Shown here: piece by piece, positions 12,001 through 21,985 of the stretch | Numbering within the stretch: position 1 is the stretch's first letter | Layout of the letters: every line of letters begins with the position of its first letter | NCBI GenBank assembly: GCA_002269645.1 | Contig: NIVC01003169.1 | Location: forward strand, 51,408 to 115,407 | Direction: 5' to 3' | Origin: Macrostomum lignano | Lineage: Eukaryota | DNA: 64,000 bases | Made by a program: the position numbers and the translations under genes | The notes under the pieces: model-generated | What the model was told of the DNA's origin: nothing | Database searches by the model: none | The model's input: only the letters and a program-made list of their open reading frames with translations

Positions 12001-15000
12001 AAAAGAAATACAATTGCGTAACTGGAGCTACCAGCTGGTACATTAGATCGAATAATTTGTACTCTCAATGAACCCACCCAGTGATAAACTGGCTGTACAC
12101 AGAGTTGGGCAGAGGATGCAAGCAGTGCAAGTTCCGTTTGAGAAATTCTTTCACGTGCTGAGCCGTCTTGTGCCACGGGAAGCCTTCGCGACCTGCCGAG
12201 TTTGACGGCTGCAATGGGGCGTTGGAAAACCTGTCAGATTCTAGCCAAACCAAAATTGAAGCTGAAGCGGACAATACTATAAATAACATGACATTTCATA
12301 GCATATTTTCCCAACTTCAAAGTTTATAGATTCAAGTTAAGTCGTGGACATAAATGGGAAAAGCTTATTAAATTTCTGAGGTGGTAGCCCCGCTACCAGG
12401 GGTTGTAGGTCGTAGAAACGATGGGCCGGGATTGTACGAGCTTGTAGCCTAGTGGTTACAGCCTCGGACTCGCGGCTGAAAGGTCCGGGGTTCGATACTC
12501 GACACGCTCGGAACAATTTGTGTCCTAGAGACCAAAATATCTAAAAAAATATTTTTTTACCAAAATAACTGTATCCAAATACTTTCAAAACATTTTGTAC
12601 GTTATGCACTTGGCGCCCAGAGTACGTAAATTTATAAAACTATGCTGAGGCAGCAATTGTGGCATATGTATATTGGTGTGGGTGGCTCCGGAAACAAATT
12701 AAATCAAAACGTGCTGTGGAGACGAGAGTTTCGAGCAAAGCTGGTGCCAAAAGCTGGTGACTGAACCAAAATGGAAACTTAAGTGGACGGCAAAGAAAAA
12801 ACCAAAGTGAAAATAAAAGTTGCGAACTGCAAAAAGTCAGGAGGACAAACCCGAGCTTCGTAAACTGTGAAGACTGGCCGCCTCTGCCACTGAAATTAAT
12901 CGTTTCCCGGTTTGTCAAAGCACGATGATGATAAAAAGACTTGCGATTGTGAAAAAGTTAAAGATTGCACACACCAATGTATATTTTTGAGGGTCAGAGT
13001 TGGGTTAGCTTAGTGTTAATTTTCTTTATGAAAAATCAGTGCGATTTTTGTTAGTACTTGATAATTGAGGTGTCTCTCGATAGTGCTGCACTTACCTTAG
13101 GGGACAGGCGCAGGCCGAGTCTTTTCTGCTCATCGCTGTCCAGCAGGATGTAGTCCAGCATCCCTCTGCGAACTGACAGCTCGTAAGACTCCTTGGCCTC
13201 CTGGTTAGTTTGTGAGGTGAAATTCTTTCAAAGACGGGTAGACTGTATTCTTATTCGCTGGGTGCTTAGTTAGGAATTTAGCCTAGTGGTTAGAGTCGGA
13301 CTAACGAAAAGTCGGGGGTTCGATTCTCGACCCATTCGGAATAATTTGTTGTGTCCTTGAGCAAAACTCTGTATTGCTTCAGTTCACCCAGCTGTAAAAT
13401 GGGTGCCAGTATTAGCTGGGGTAATTGAGGGTGTGTGGCGACACCCCAGTCCTTGGACTGAACAGCCGTACGCAGCCTTCAGATGCGCCGCGCAACAGCT
13501 GCGGCTGCACTATTGATTGCAAATCTGCTTCTCAGGGTAGGTGTAATCATTATTATTATATCATTATTATTCGTTTGAAATTCTTTTGACTTACTACCAT
13601 AGGCACTTCAAGAGGTGTCCCTCTTTAGGTGTCCCTCTTGAAGTGCCAGATTTTTAAGTGGAATAACTTTTTCTTGCAAATATAAATTAATGAAATATGA
13701 CCGCACGATGGGCACACATACAGGAGTTGATTGTATGCAGTTTCGTTAAATTCAGCTAAAGTTCAGCTCAGTTGTACACTTTAAGATGGCCTTCATTGTT
13801 CTTGATACGTATATGATAGATCAGTTTTCTGCCATTCCAGGTGTTATCAAGTCAAAAGTGTCAGTAAATCAAATCCTTCCATTTTTTAACTGTGCTAAGA
13901 TCGGGTCGAGGGCAAAGAGTGAGGTCCAGAAAATCTGGCCAAGCAGCATATTGTGCCCTCTCGGAGATTGGAGTCCGTTCTATCTCAGCGGGAGCAGCAA
14001 TTAAATGACAAAGTTTTAGTAAAGCTTCACTTAAACTTATTGCTGGGGACAAACTATTTCACTCGAAAATCTGGCACTTTACGAAGGACCGGATTCAAAG
14101 TCGCCTTCAAAAGATCAGAATTCAACCTTCATTGATGCCCAAGTGCCTGCTGCAGGACGCCTGGACGTTTGGACATCTCGGCCTACTCTTACAACCAGTG
14201 GCGGATAATCATGTTTTTACCCAACTAAAAAGCCGCCCTGTGGCCAAAAGCAAAAGGTGAAACTCATCGAACTCAAGCTACCCAAAGCGCACCTGCAGAA
14301 ATGCGTCCATGGCGTCTCGCAGCTCAGGCCTGGCGGACAGCGGGCCAGTAAATCGTCGAATGCCGGCCAGCCACTCGTCGGCCAGGGGCGCGATGGCGTC
14401 GGATTGAAAGGCGCCGCGAACGAGCTGTTCGTAGCGCAGCTCCTGCTCCAGACCGCTCGGAGACGGTGGCCTGGAGAGTCCGCTAGTGCTGGCAAACCAG
14501 GGAGGAAAATCTACTGACAAGGCCGCCCGTTCAGCGTCGGTGGGCTCGCGCAGCGTCTGCTCGTGCGGGTCCGGTGAAACTCCGGTAGAGACGAGCACTG
14601 CGGGTGAATATTCAAAGACATTTAGTGATACTCAGATTCCTAGAAAATGATTTTATAAAAGATGAGTCAATTGTAGAGTTTGAGTTCAATTCTTGTAAAA
14701 AAGTTGAAAACAAGTATCACTGGTGATCGGAGTCCTCATCAGTTTATTTGAAACTGTGCGGTTTTATTTTCACTCCAAACTTTTTTTTCTTTTAGAACTT
14801 TCTATTGTAGTCTGGCATGGAGCTAACTTCATGAAAAATCTTATATCTAAATCTGAGTGGATCGACCGGCCGGGTTTAACACATATCTCCTCCTAGACGG
14901 CAGGAAACTCAAGTGCGGGACTTATATATCCTTGCAGAATTTTCCTACGCAACAAAGAGGCTGTTCTTATGTTGAAAATTGAGAGTTGAGAGTGCACAGA

Positions 15001-16672
15001 GGAGAGATGGAAGATGATAGATAAGCGAATAGAGATGGGAGAGGAGAGATGAGAGCAGAGAGGAAAGTTTAGAGATGAGAGAGCAAAGAGGAGAGAGGAG
15101 ACGGGAGACAAGAGAGAGTCTCAGTCTGGACAATGGCAGTCAATTTGTGCAAACAGGGAAAACAATATATGGTATTTGAGAGGTTTTATAGTATTAAAGG
15201 ATTTGGAGAGGATTTGATGGAAAATGGGATTCGGGTCATATGATTCAGCTGATGGATTTCAGGGAATGGAATTCTGGCGATGGGAGTTCGATCCCCTTTC
15301 TCCTCCAACGGAGGAGTTGGCCTCGTTACCTATAATTATATCTGTAATGCTTTGAAGATTGTCTGTCTGTCTGTCGAAAACTAGTTTGATGCAAGTGGGG
15401 CATACAACAAACTGAAAGACATTAAAACACACAGAGTAGTCTCGCTTGAACACAGAAAACTTCTAAATTAACGTCCAGTCAAGCTCACAATTTAATGCGC
15501 TTATGAGCTAAAACCGGTTTCCATAATCCCCCCAGGGGTCCTTGACTTGACAACACTTTCTATTGACATATTTATGTTTCCAACATTTCGACCACAACTA
15601 AAGGCGATAATTGGTTAATCATTCACCTCGCTTCTCCATCCGAGCCTTGCCACCAGCGAGTCCGTCGCCGCCGTACTCCTGCTCCCAGGGCAGCGGCAAC
15701 GCAGCTGCGGCCAACCGGCTGGCTTGCTGACGCTGACGGTTGCCGGAGCAGATGCGGCCACCATTGCGCCAGCCTGCATTATGCTCCTGCATGGCGCTGA
15801 CACTCTTGGAGCTGTGAACAATGAGACGCAGTTGATAGAGCACCATTTTAGTATAAATAATTATGAAAAGTACAGACTCACAAATGCAGATGCAAAGTGA
15901 ACACTCACTGTGCGCCGGAGATAGTCTGCAACGAATGACCGCCGGCTTTCTTTCGCTCGACGCGCGGCTGTTCGGTCCGAAAAGTGGCCACACTCTTGCT
16001 GTGGTTGCGCAGGCTTTGCAGGTCGCCGCTAGACATGGTTGCCACCGATGCCGCTGCGCTGCGGTCGGAGCTGAAATTCTCTGTAGTGCCTGGAGTGCAG
16101 CATCCGGATGAAAACAACTTTGGCTTACTCTAGCTGCTTGTGTGCAATTTGAACTTAGATTACAGGCTTGAACTTCTCTTAAACGCTGTGCTAGCAAATT
16201 CTATATCAATTTTCACTTGGTGCTGGTTTTTACTTCAAAATGTGCTGTCATTTTTAGTCTACCACCAAATAGACCAAGAAAGCAGCCACGTGATTCGTTA
16301 GTCTGCTGATTCACACGAATTTAAACGATTCTACTGGGAAGCAGCAAGAACTCAAAAGTATTTAGTGTACTTTCCTCGGCTCAGTTCGTCAATTATTTCT
16401 TTAAACACTTTATACACTAAGAAATCCTTTTAGACGATCTTTCGCATTGTTAATGCATTTTTAAGATATTTATATTAACAAATTCATTCACAGCACTTAC
16501 CGTGCTGCAATCGGTCATAAAGGTCCTTCGTGGAGAACTTGCTCGCATCGGGACTATAATTATTTCCGATAAGGTTGCTCACTCCCTTGCACAGGGTTCG
16601 ATTCTTTACTGGCATCGACAGAGTTAATGCGCCTCGCTGCACGATTTTCGGCCTCTCGCTGTACACATCAGC
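1..16672 (-). CDS. DNAH3: Axonemal dynein heavy chain, DNAH3-like inner-arm type; N-terminal tail to AAA3, continuing beyond the left edge
   Basis: Phase-consistent GT-AG exon chain read by hand: 16672-16501, 16089-15909, 15811-15627, 14597-14293, 13200-13096, 12208-12078, 11990-11789, 11619-11413, 11341-10673, 10587-10067 (needs +1 nt near 10340), 8005-7487, 7187-6660, 6582-6288, 6193-5939, 5492-5187, 3986-3667, 3212-2816, 2499-2019, 1075-278, 157-1. Dynein motifs: [37 protein letters not shown]1 [50 protein letters not shown]2 [29 protein letters not shown]3 [26 protein letters not shown]-terminal [35 protein letters not shown] and GNDYEGDY resemble DNAH3 as remembered. Family is certain; the DNAH3 subtype is less so. 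Confidence 0.9.
1240..1885 (+). mobile_element. 5'-truncated non-LTR retrotransposon 3' fragment (RNase H end plus CCHC knuckle) in a dynein intron
   Basis: Plus-strand translation with stops and shifts: [44 protein letters not shown] (RNase H C-terminus), [33 protein letters not shown] (CCHC), ending in a TAAGTAAGTAA tail. Confidence 0.8.
3430..3590 (-). mobile_element. SINE family 2, 3' fragment
   Basis: GAGTGCGTGCC...CTCAGGACTCGGCGGAATCGGCAGAAATGCCTC matches the 3' half of the element at 40109-40470 and the copy at 18930-19090. Confidence 0.55.
4026..4731. mobile_element. Non-autonomous DNA transposon (MITE) with about 230-bp TIRs, P-superfamily-like
   Basis: Left CAAGGACGACTTAAGTAGAAGGACGGGAAACCTCG is the reverse complement of right CGAGGTTTCCCGTCCTTCTACTTAAGTCATCCTTG; complementarity continues about 230 bp. 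Flanks TTTTTAAG / GTTTTAAG (7/8 match, 8-bp TSD). CANRG termini with 7-8 bp TSD are typical of P-like elements. Confidence 0.85.
8060..8395. repeat. Local duplication of about 150 bp with an internal 27-bp tandem repeat (about 3 copies)
   Basis: GAGAAAGTGGCCGACCCAA...GTGAAATATCTGGACATT occurs twice; GAAATATCTGGTATTCATCGGTTCATC repeats. Confidence 0.7.
12444..12525 (+). mobile_element. SINE family 1, 5' (tRNA-head) fragment
   Basis: TAGCCTAGTGG (A box) ... GGTTCGATACT (B box) followed by CGGAACAATTTGTGTCCT, as in the longer copies. Confidence 0.7.
13279..13572 (+). mobile_element. tRNA-derived CORE-SINE (family 1), near full length
   Basis: A box TAGCCTAGTGG, B box GGTTCGATTCT, CORE-like TGTGTCCTTGAGCAAA...TTGCTTCAGTTCACCCAGCTGTAAAATGGG, (ATT)n tail; homologous to 16860-17163 and 19127-19431. 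Confidence 0.8.
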
Positions 16673-16859
16673 CTGGGGGAAATGGGAAGGTGTATAGGGG
16701 TATAAAGTCTCCCGCGTCAACTGGTGTAGCAACGTAGTAAATTCTATGGGGAGTGTTTCAATACGAATGTTCCAAGAGTGAGAAGTTATTACACCCGTAC
16801 ACTTCTTGCTACGCACTAACAATAAGGTATGCATCGATTGGCAACCATTGCCTCATTCC

Positions 16860-17163
16860 GATAACAATAATAATACTACAACTGCCCTACTGGACAGATG
16901 TGCAACCGACACAGCTCAGCCGCAGCTATTGCGCGGTGCATCTGAAGGCTGCGTACGGCTGTTCAGTCCAAGGACCGGGTCGCCACACGCACCCTCAATT
17001 ACCCCAGCTAATGCTGGCACCCATTTTACAGCTTGGTGAACTGAAGCAATGCAGAGTTAAGTGTCTTGCTGAAGGACACAAATTGTTCCGAGTGGGTCGA
17101 GAGTCGAACCACCGACCTTCAAATCGTGAGTCCGACGCTCTAACCTCTTGACTACCACCCTCC
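16860..17163 (-). mobile_element. tRNA-derived CORE-SINE (family 1), full length
   Basis: Minus strand GGAGGGTGGTAGTCAAGAGGTTAGAGCGTCGGACTCACGATTTGAAGGTCGGTGGTTCGACTCTCG head, CORE-like segment, (ATT)n-type tail. Confidence 0.8.
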
Positions 17164-17167
17164 GAAG

Positions 17168-18617
17168 TTAAAAGTACTCCGAACTCGTTGGGAGGTCAGC
17201 TCGGGTCGCACTGTCCGATTTTATTAGCTCTGATAGCATTTCAGCATACAAAGACACTGTTCCGAAAGTCTCAAATGTCTCTGTCACAAAGTTGACGGCG
17301 CGGACTACTATGATACTTTGAAACGTACACTTTTCTCCATTGACAGCTGAGGCACGAATTCCTTTCTACTAATCGTAAACCCTACCCTCGAGAACTGGGA
17401 TGTACTCGAGAATTTGTGTTAGGAATTGAGTTTGTTAATATGAGGTGCGACCACCTATTTCACTTGACGTAAGCACCGGCTGGGCTCTAAAAACTTAATT
17501 GAGTGGGGACCGCTGCCCCATGCCCCCCTCTCTGGCTACGCCCAGCTTGCAGAATTAAGCAGAATTTGGCTGCTAATGTAGTCATCCCTAGGTGATGTTG
17601 AAATGGAGCCAATGTTTTAAATAAAAATTCTGTTTAAAGTGAAGCCGGACCCGAATCAGCTCCCATCTACATCTAATTTAGAGTTGAGGTTCTCATTAAT
17701 ATTTTTGCAAATCATTTTAATTACCTGATTCGCGCTCAGCGGCGGCAGGTGATCCAGCAGCGCTGGTCGATATTTTCTTTCGAACTCGTTCATAGTGCTT
17801 CAGTCCTTCGGAATTCAATACGATTGACAGGGGGCTCCACTCTGTGGCTATGCCATGCCCGCTGCAGTCTGGCCTGAGGTAAAACACAGCGTTGAAAGCA
17901 GCCTCTACACGATACCAAGGGACAATGTGCCCCTGTAAGAACAGGAAAGAAGATAGACAGACAAGAGACTGGAGCACACAGGGCTAAGTGCCTATCTATC
18001 GTGTGTGAAACCAACCTCGAGCCGCTTGTTTACGATGCCACTTTATACAGACTCCATAGGGATTGAGTTGAGCTCAGATGAGAACGAGTGGCAGGGTGAG
18101 GCAGGTAAATACGAAATTAAATTGTATTCATTTTCTCTCTGCTTCTCTCCATTTCGCCATTCATTCTTTGCTCAATAGAAATGAATCGCTTTAAAAGCAG
18201 CTGTGTAGCAATTTCAAAGAGGGCCGGGAGGAGACCAAGTAACCATTGGTTGGCGCACTCCTCGGTTGCTGTTAGAGATGACTGAGAGGCTGAAATGCAT
18301 ATACTAAGGCCAGAGCTATAATAGTGGGGGCGTGTGCTCAATGCGCATCATGCAAATAAAGGCGCACTCGCCTGTACATCCACCACCTGTCCCATTGCTT
18401 CTATCTGCTGCAGATCTCCCCTGTGAATCTGCCAGCTCTGTACACCGTACAGCAGGAATGATTTGTTAGTCTGAGACAGCAGCAATAGCGTGATTATAGA
18501 ATCATGGCGCAGCAGGGCAACTGACGACAAGCCGTAATTCTTGCTTGTGTGCGCCACATGTGCGCAAAGCCTATAACAATGACGTCTGCACAGTGGTGCG
18601 ATTGCCTGTGCCGTGCC
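17168..18617 (-). CDS. Candidate 3-exon gene of unknown function (about 210 aa visible)
   Basis: Exons 18617-18372 (246 nt, GC donor CAG|GCGAGT), 17932-17725 (208 nt, CAG|GTAATT), 17346-17168 (179 nt to TAA). Phases join without stops: GTAQAIAPLCRRHC...SFLLYGVQSWQIHRGDLQQIEAMGQVVDVQ|GHIVPWYRVEAAFNAVFYLRPDCSG...ERESA|VNGEKCTFQSIIVVRAVNFVTETFETFGTVSLYAEMLSELIKSD...SEYF*. No family recognised. Confidence 0.5.
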
Positions 18618-18929
18618 CTATTGTTGCCGCGGATGTTTTGATAGACACGGTGGAAAACAATATACGTAATAAGTTGTCTATTCAGATTATTTAAAGACCA
18701 GACTAGTACCTGATTTTACTGCAGGTCTGCACTTCAAAAAGCAAGGAAAGGAGCATGAGGTCTGAGAAATGTCAATAGCAAGTAACGAAACTGTAATTAC
18801 GTGACGCTATATGCAGACAAACATATTGTTGAGCTTTTCTAGCAATAATTTAGTTTTATATGTTCGTTACATAGGACAACAGTAGTTTCTCAGGTAAAAT
18901 TTTTCTTCATTGATCATGGTGCAAATGGG

Positions 18930-19090
18930 CCTTACAAACGCTGAGGCAATTCTGCCCATTCCGCTGACTCCTGAGTACGCAGGCACGCACTCGTACACCG
19001 TGAGGGTTGGCCCTCGTGGCTGTGAATAGCACGACAACCCCCAATCAGATATTCGTGAACACAAGCCCCAGATGAATGTGGCCGCTCCTG
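18930..19090 (-). mobile_element. SINE family 2, internal fragment
   Basis: CACATTCATCTGGGGCT..GAATATC..TCGTGCTATTCACAGCCACGAGGGCCAACCC..GAGTCAGCGGAATGGGCAGAATTGCCTC aligns with 40170-40400. Confidence 0.6.
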
Positions 19091-19126
19091 CTAATACATG
19101 TAACTCCTCTGCATACTACGCGTAAT

Positions 19127-19431
19127 TAATAATAATAATAATAATAAATAAATAATAATAATAATAAATGATTATACCTCTCCTAAAAGACAGATGCACA
19201 AAATACAGCTCAGCCGCAGCTATTGCGCGGCGCATCTGAAGGCTGCGTGCGGCTGTTCAGTCCAAGGACTGGGCGGGAGGGTCACCACACACACCCTCAA
19301 TTACCCCAGCTAATGCTGGCACCCATTTTACAGCTGGATGGGTGAGCTGAAGCAATGCAGAGTTAAGTGTCTTGCTCAAGGACACAAATTGTTCTGAGTG
19401 GGTCGAGAATTCAACGCTCTAATCACTAGGC
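19127..19431 (-). mobile_element. CORE-SINE family 1 copy with shortened head and long (ATT)n tail
   Basis: Near-identical to 16900-17110 over about 200 bp; (TAA)n run at 19127-19170. Confidence 0.8.
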
Positions 19432-21985
19432 TGAAACCCTTACTAGTACTAATTAATGCAGTGTGTATTTGTGATTTATGTCCACGTGCTCGCTTACAGA
19501 AAAGTCGAGAAGGAGCAAATCCGACTCTGCACATGCAGTTCTTTATGCAGGCCGTTCCTCCTAAAAAATAAGCGCTCACGGTAATGATTAGCTCAGCTGA
19601 CCTGTAACAAGTGTGGAACGAAAATAAACCGGTATATGCAGTATATGGCCACACGAGAAATGTTTCACCTATTATTAGAAACCTTCCTTTGTAGTTCCTG
19701 TCTGTCTACTTACAAGCGTGCTATAAATACTATTCTATACTATGATAATATAAGGCAAAGCCTCTCGGGTCCTTTGAAACTTCACAATAACAATCCGGCC
19801 CGCTTAAGCTTTCTATCTCTTCTCAGTGCTCTTCTCTCTCTCTCTCCCCTCTTCTTCCCTGTCCTCTCCCTCTTCTCTCCTTTCTCCTATCTCCCTCAGT
19901 CATGCTCTACTCGTAGGATCTCCATCTAGCCTAATCTATAGTAAATGGCAGGTGCATAATTGTTTAATGATTAAAAATCTACTTTTTTTCAACGAACAAT
20001 ATCCGAAACAGTTTTCAACTATGCCATGTCTTTGATGAATGTCATCTTTTGATGATTTTTGCTAGAATTGTCATTGTGTCTCTGTTTTCTTGAGCCATTG
20101 GGTTTTTTAACCCCTACAGTAAATTTTTAAGTGAAAACTTTATCCGATATATCCTGTTATCACGGAGAGCCCTATAAAAGTTCCAGCTATACATTTAAAC
20201 AGGAAGTGTATCCCTCACAAGGCACTTTGGACTAGTTGTGCGTCCTATCCTCTTAAAGGATCGTTGGTCTCCCTGGCCTCATTGTTTCACGGGCTAGTTC
20301 ACAGTTTGCTAATCTAAACTCTGACAGGGTACACTTTAATTCTGGATTGGAAACTTCTAGAACATACTTTTCGGTTGAGTAGTGCCATTTCAAGCTTTTG
20401 CAAAGGAAGTAAAGGACTTCGATACCCGTCCATATTAACAGATTTGCATTATTTTGTGGAAAATTTGCGTGTTTTACAAACAGGAGAAATAATAACATAA
20501 GTAATAGCATTCTCGTATGATTAGCGACATGTTTAGACTCAGGCTATCATCAGTAACCCTCTTTAGAGCATTCTCAGGCGTGCGTGTGACCTCTCTCTCT
20601 CTCTCTTTCTTCGTTGCCGCTCTGTGTGGTCCACAAGACTGCAATAGCCTAGATTAACGACCCCCCCCTTTTTCGTCTAAATGCATATACTAAAAATGGT
20701 TTGTCTATACTATAATTAAATACACCAATCAATCAATATTCCTTATGAGCCTGACGATGCCTGACGCGAGGCGAAAAATGTCTAAGCCAAAAGTCAAGCC
20801 ATGTCTAAGTCATTAGAGAATACTATAATGCTCACGTTCTTATACTTATACTCTTTACATTATTTTGCTATTCAATTTAACTTTGATATCACCAACCTCA
20901 TTTCATCTGACGTGACACGTGAGCTCTATTAGTCTATGGCGCAGTATCAGTAGAACAGATCTAGAATAGTGTAGTCTATGGCCATAGACTATTTTCACTG
21001 AAAAGTCAGAGGACAGAGTGAGCTTCGAGGTTTGGGAAAGCGAAGGATAATGGAACGATAAATTGTTCGATCGATTTAACTTTGCGACTTCCCGGTCACG
21101 ACTACAGACTGAAATGTGGCCATTGCTGTTGAGTCATAAAACTGTGCGTTGAGTCACAGAGAGCTAGCTCGATCTTCTCTTTTGTTCTAGTTCTTTCTCC
21201 CCCTTTTCTCTGGCTCTTATCCCCTAAAATTTTTGTGCTCACCTCACCCTGACTTGACTTGGAGTTCCTCGCCAATTTGACTCCCCTCACTCCATGGCTC
21301 CTCTCTCAGAACCAGTCTCAGACCATTTTCACCTCTTTCCCCCGCCTGTTCAGTCCCGTCATCCTCATTGTGCGCTCATCCCTCCTATGATGTTCAAAAA
21401 TTGAGGGCTTTTTAACTGAGTCGCTACTTTTCTGAACGATGAACTTGCATACATATAGAGTGATGATGAACAACAAGCTGAGGGAGAGGCTTTCTCGTCT
21501 CTCATTCATTTACTAGCTCTGCCCAACCGAGCGCAGAAGCCTCTTCCTACTCTCTCTCTCTACTCTACTCTCTCTTACCCCCCATAAAGACAGGGTCTCT
21601 CTCTAGTTTGCCACTTCTCCGTATGCACGGCGCTTGCATGGAAGAATGACGTGTGAGACCACAGAGCGTGCACCCACCTCATTTCATTGCTCGGCCCTGC
21701 TAGCCAACGGAGCTCTTGTCCGACTGTCGACAACCTCATTCTCTACCTCTACCAGACCCAGACTTATGCACAGTAAGGAAACGGTTCACACTCAGAATTC
21801 AAATACAAACTGTATATGCTTCTAGCCCCAACAATTGACACCCTACGAGTCTACAGAAGCGAAGAAAATGTTGCACGTCAGTAGAGCAAAGCTTTTATCA
21901 AACAATACGTGCGCAGACAGATTATGAGCCGTTGCATCAACTAATCTACTCTTCAAAATAGGGTTGCCGAATTCCTACATCAAAA

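Noticed and set aside
12180-12232. Apparent extra frameshift in a dynein N-terminal exon
   Set aside because: It disappears if the acceptor CCATTGCAG| at 12209 is used instead of the upstream CTGACAG.
12444-17163. tRNA genes at 12444, 13279 and 17090-17163 (also 40109)
   Set aside because: A and B boxes are present but acceptor stems are poor, anticodon loops vary between copies, and each continues into a shared SINE body.
20253-20510. 85-aa minus-strand ORF as an upstream exon of the unknown gene
   Set aside because: It ends in a stop before any usable donor, and I could not join it in phase.
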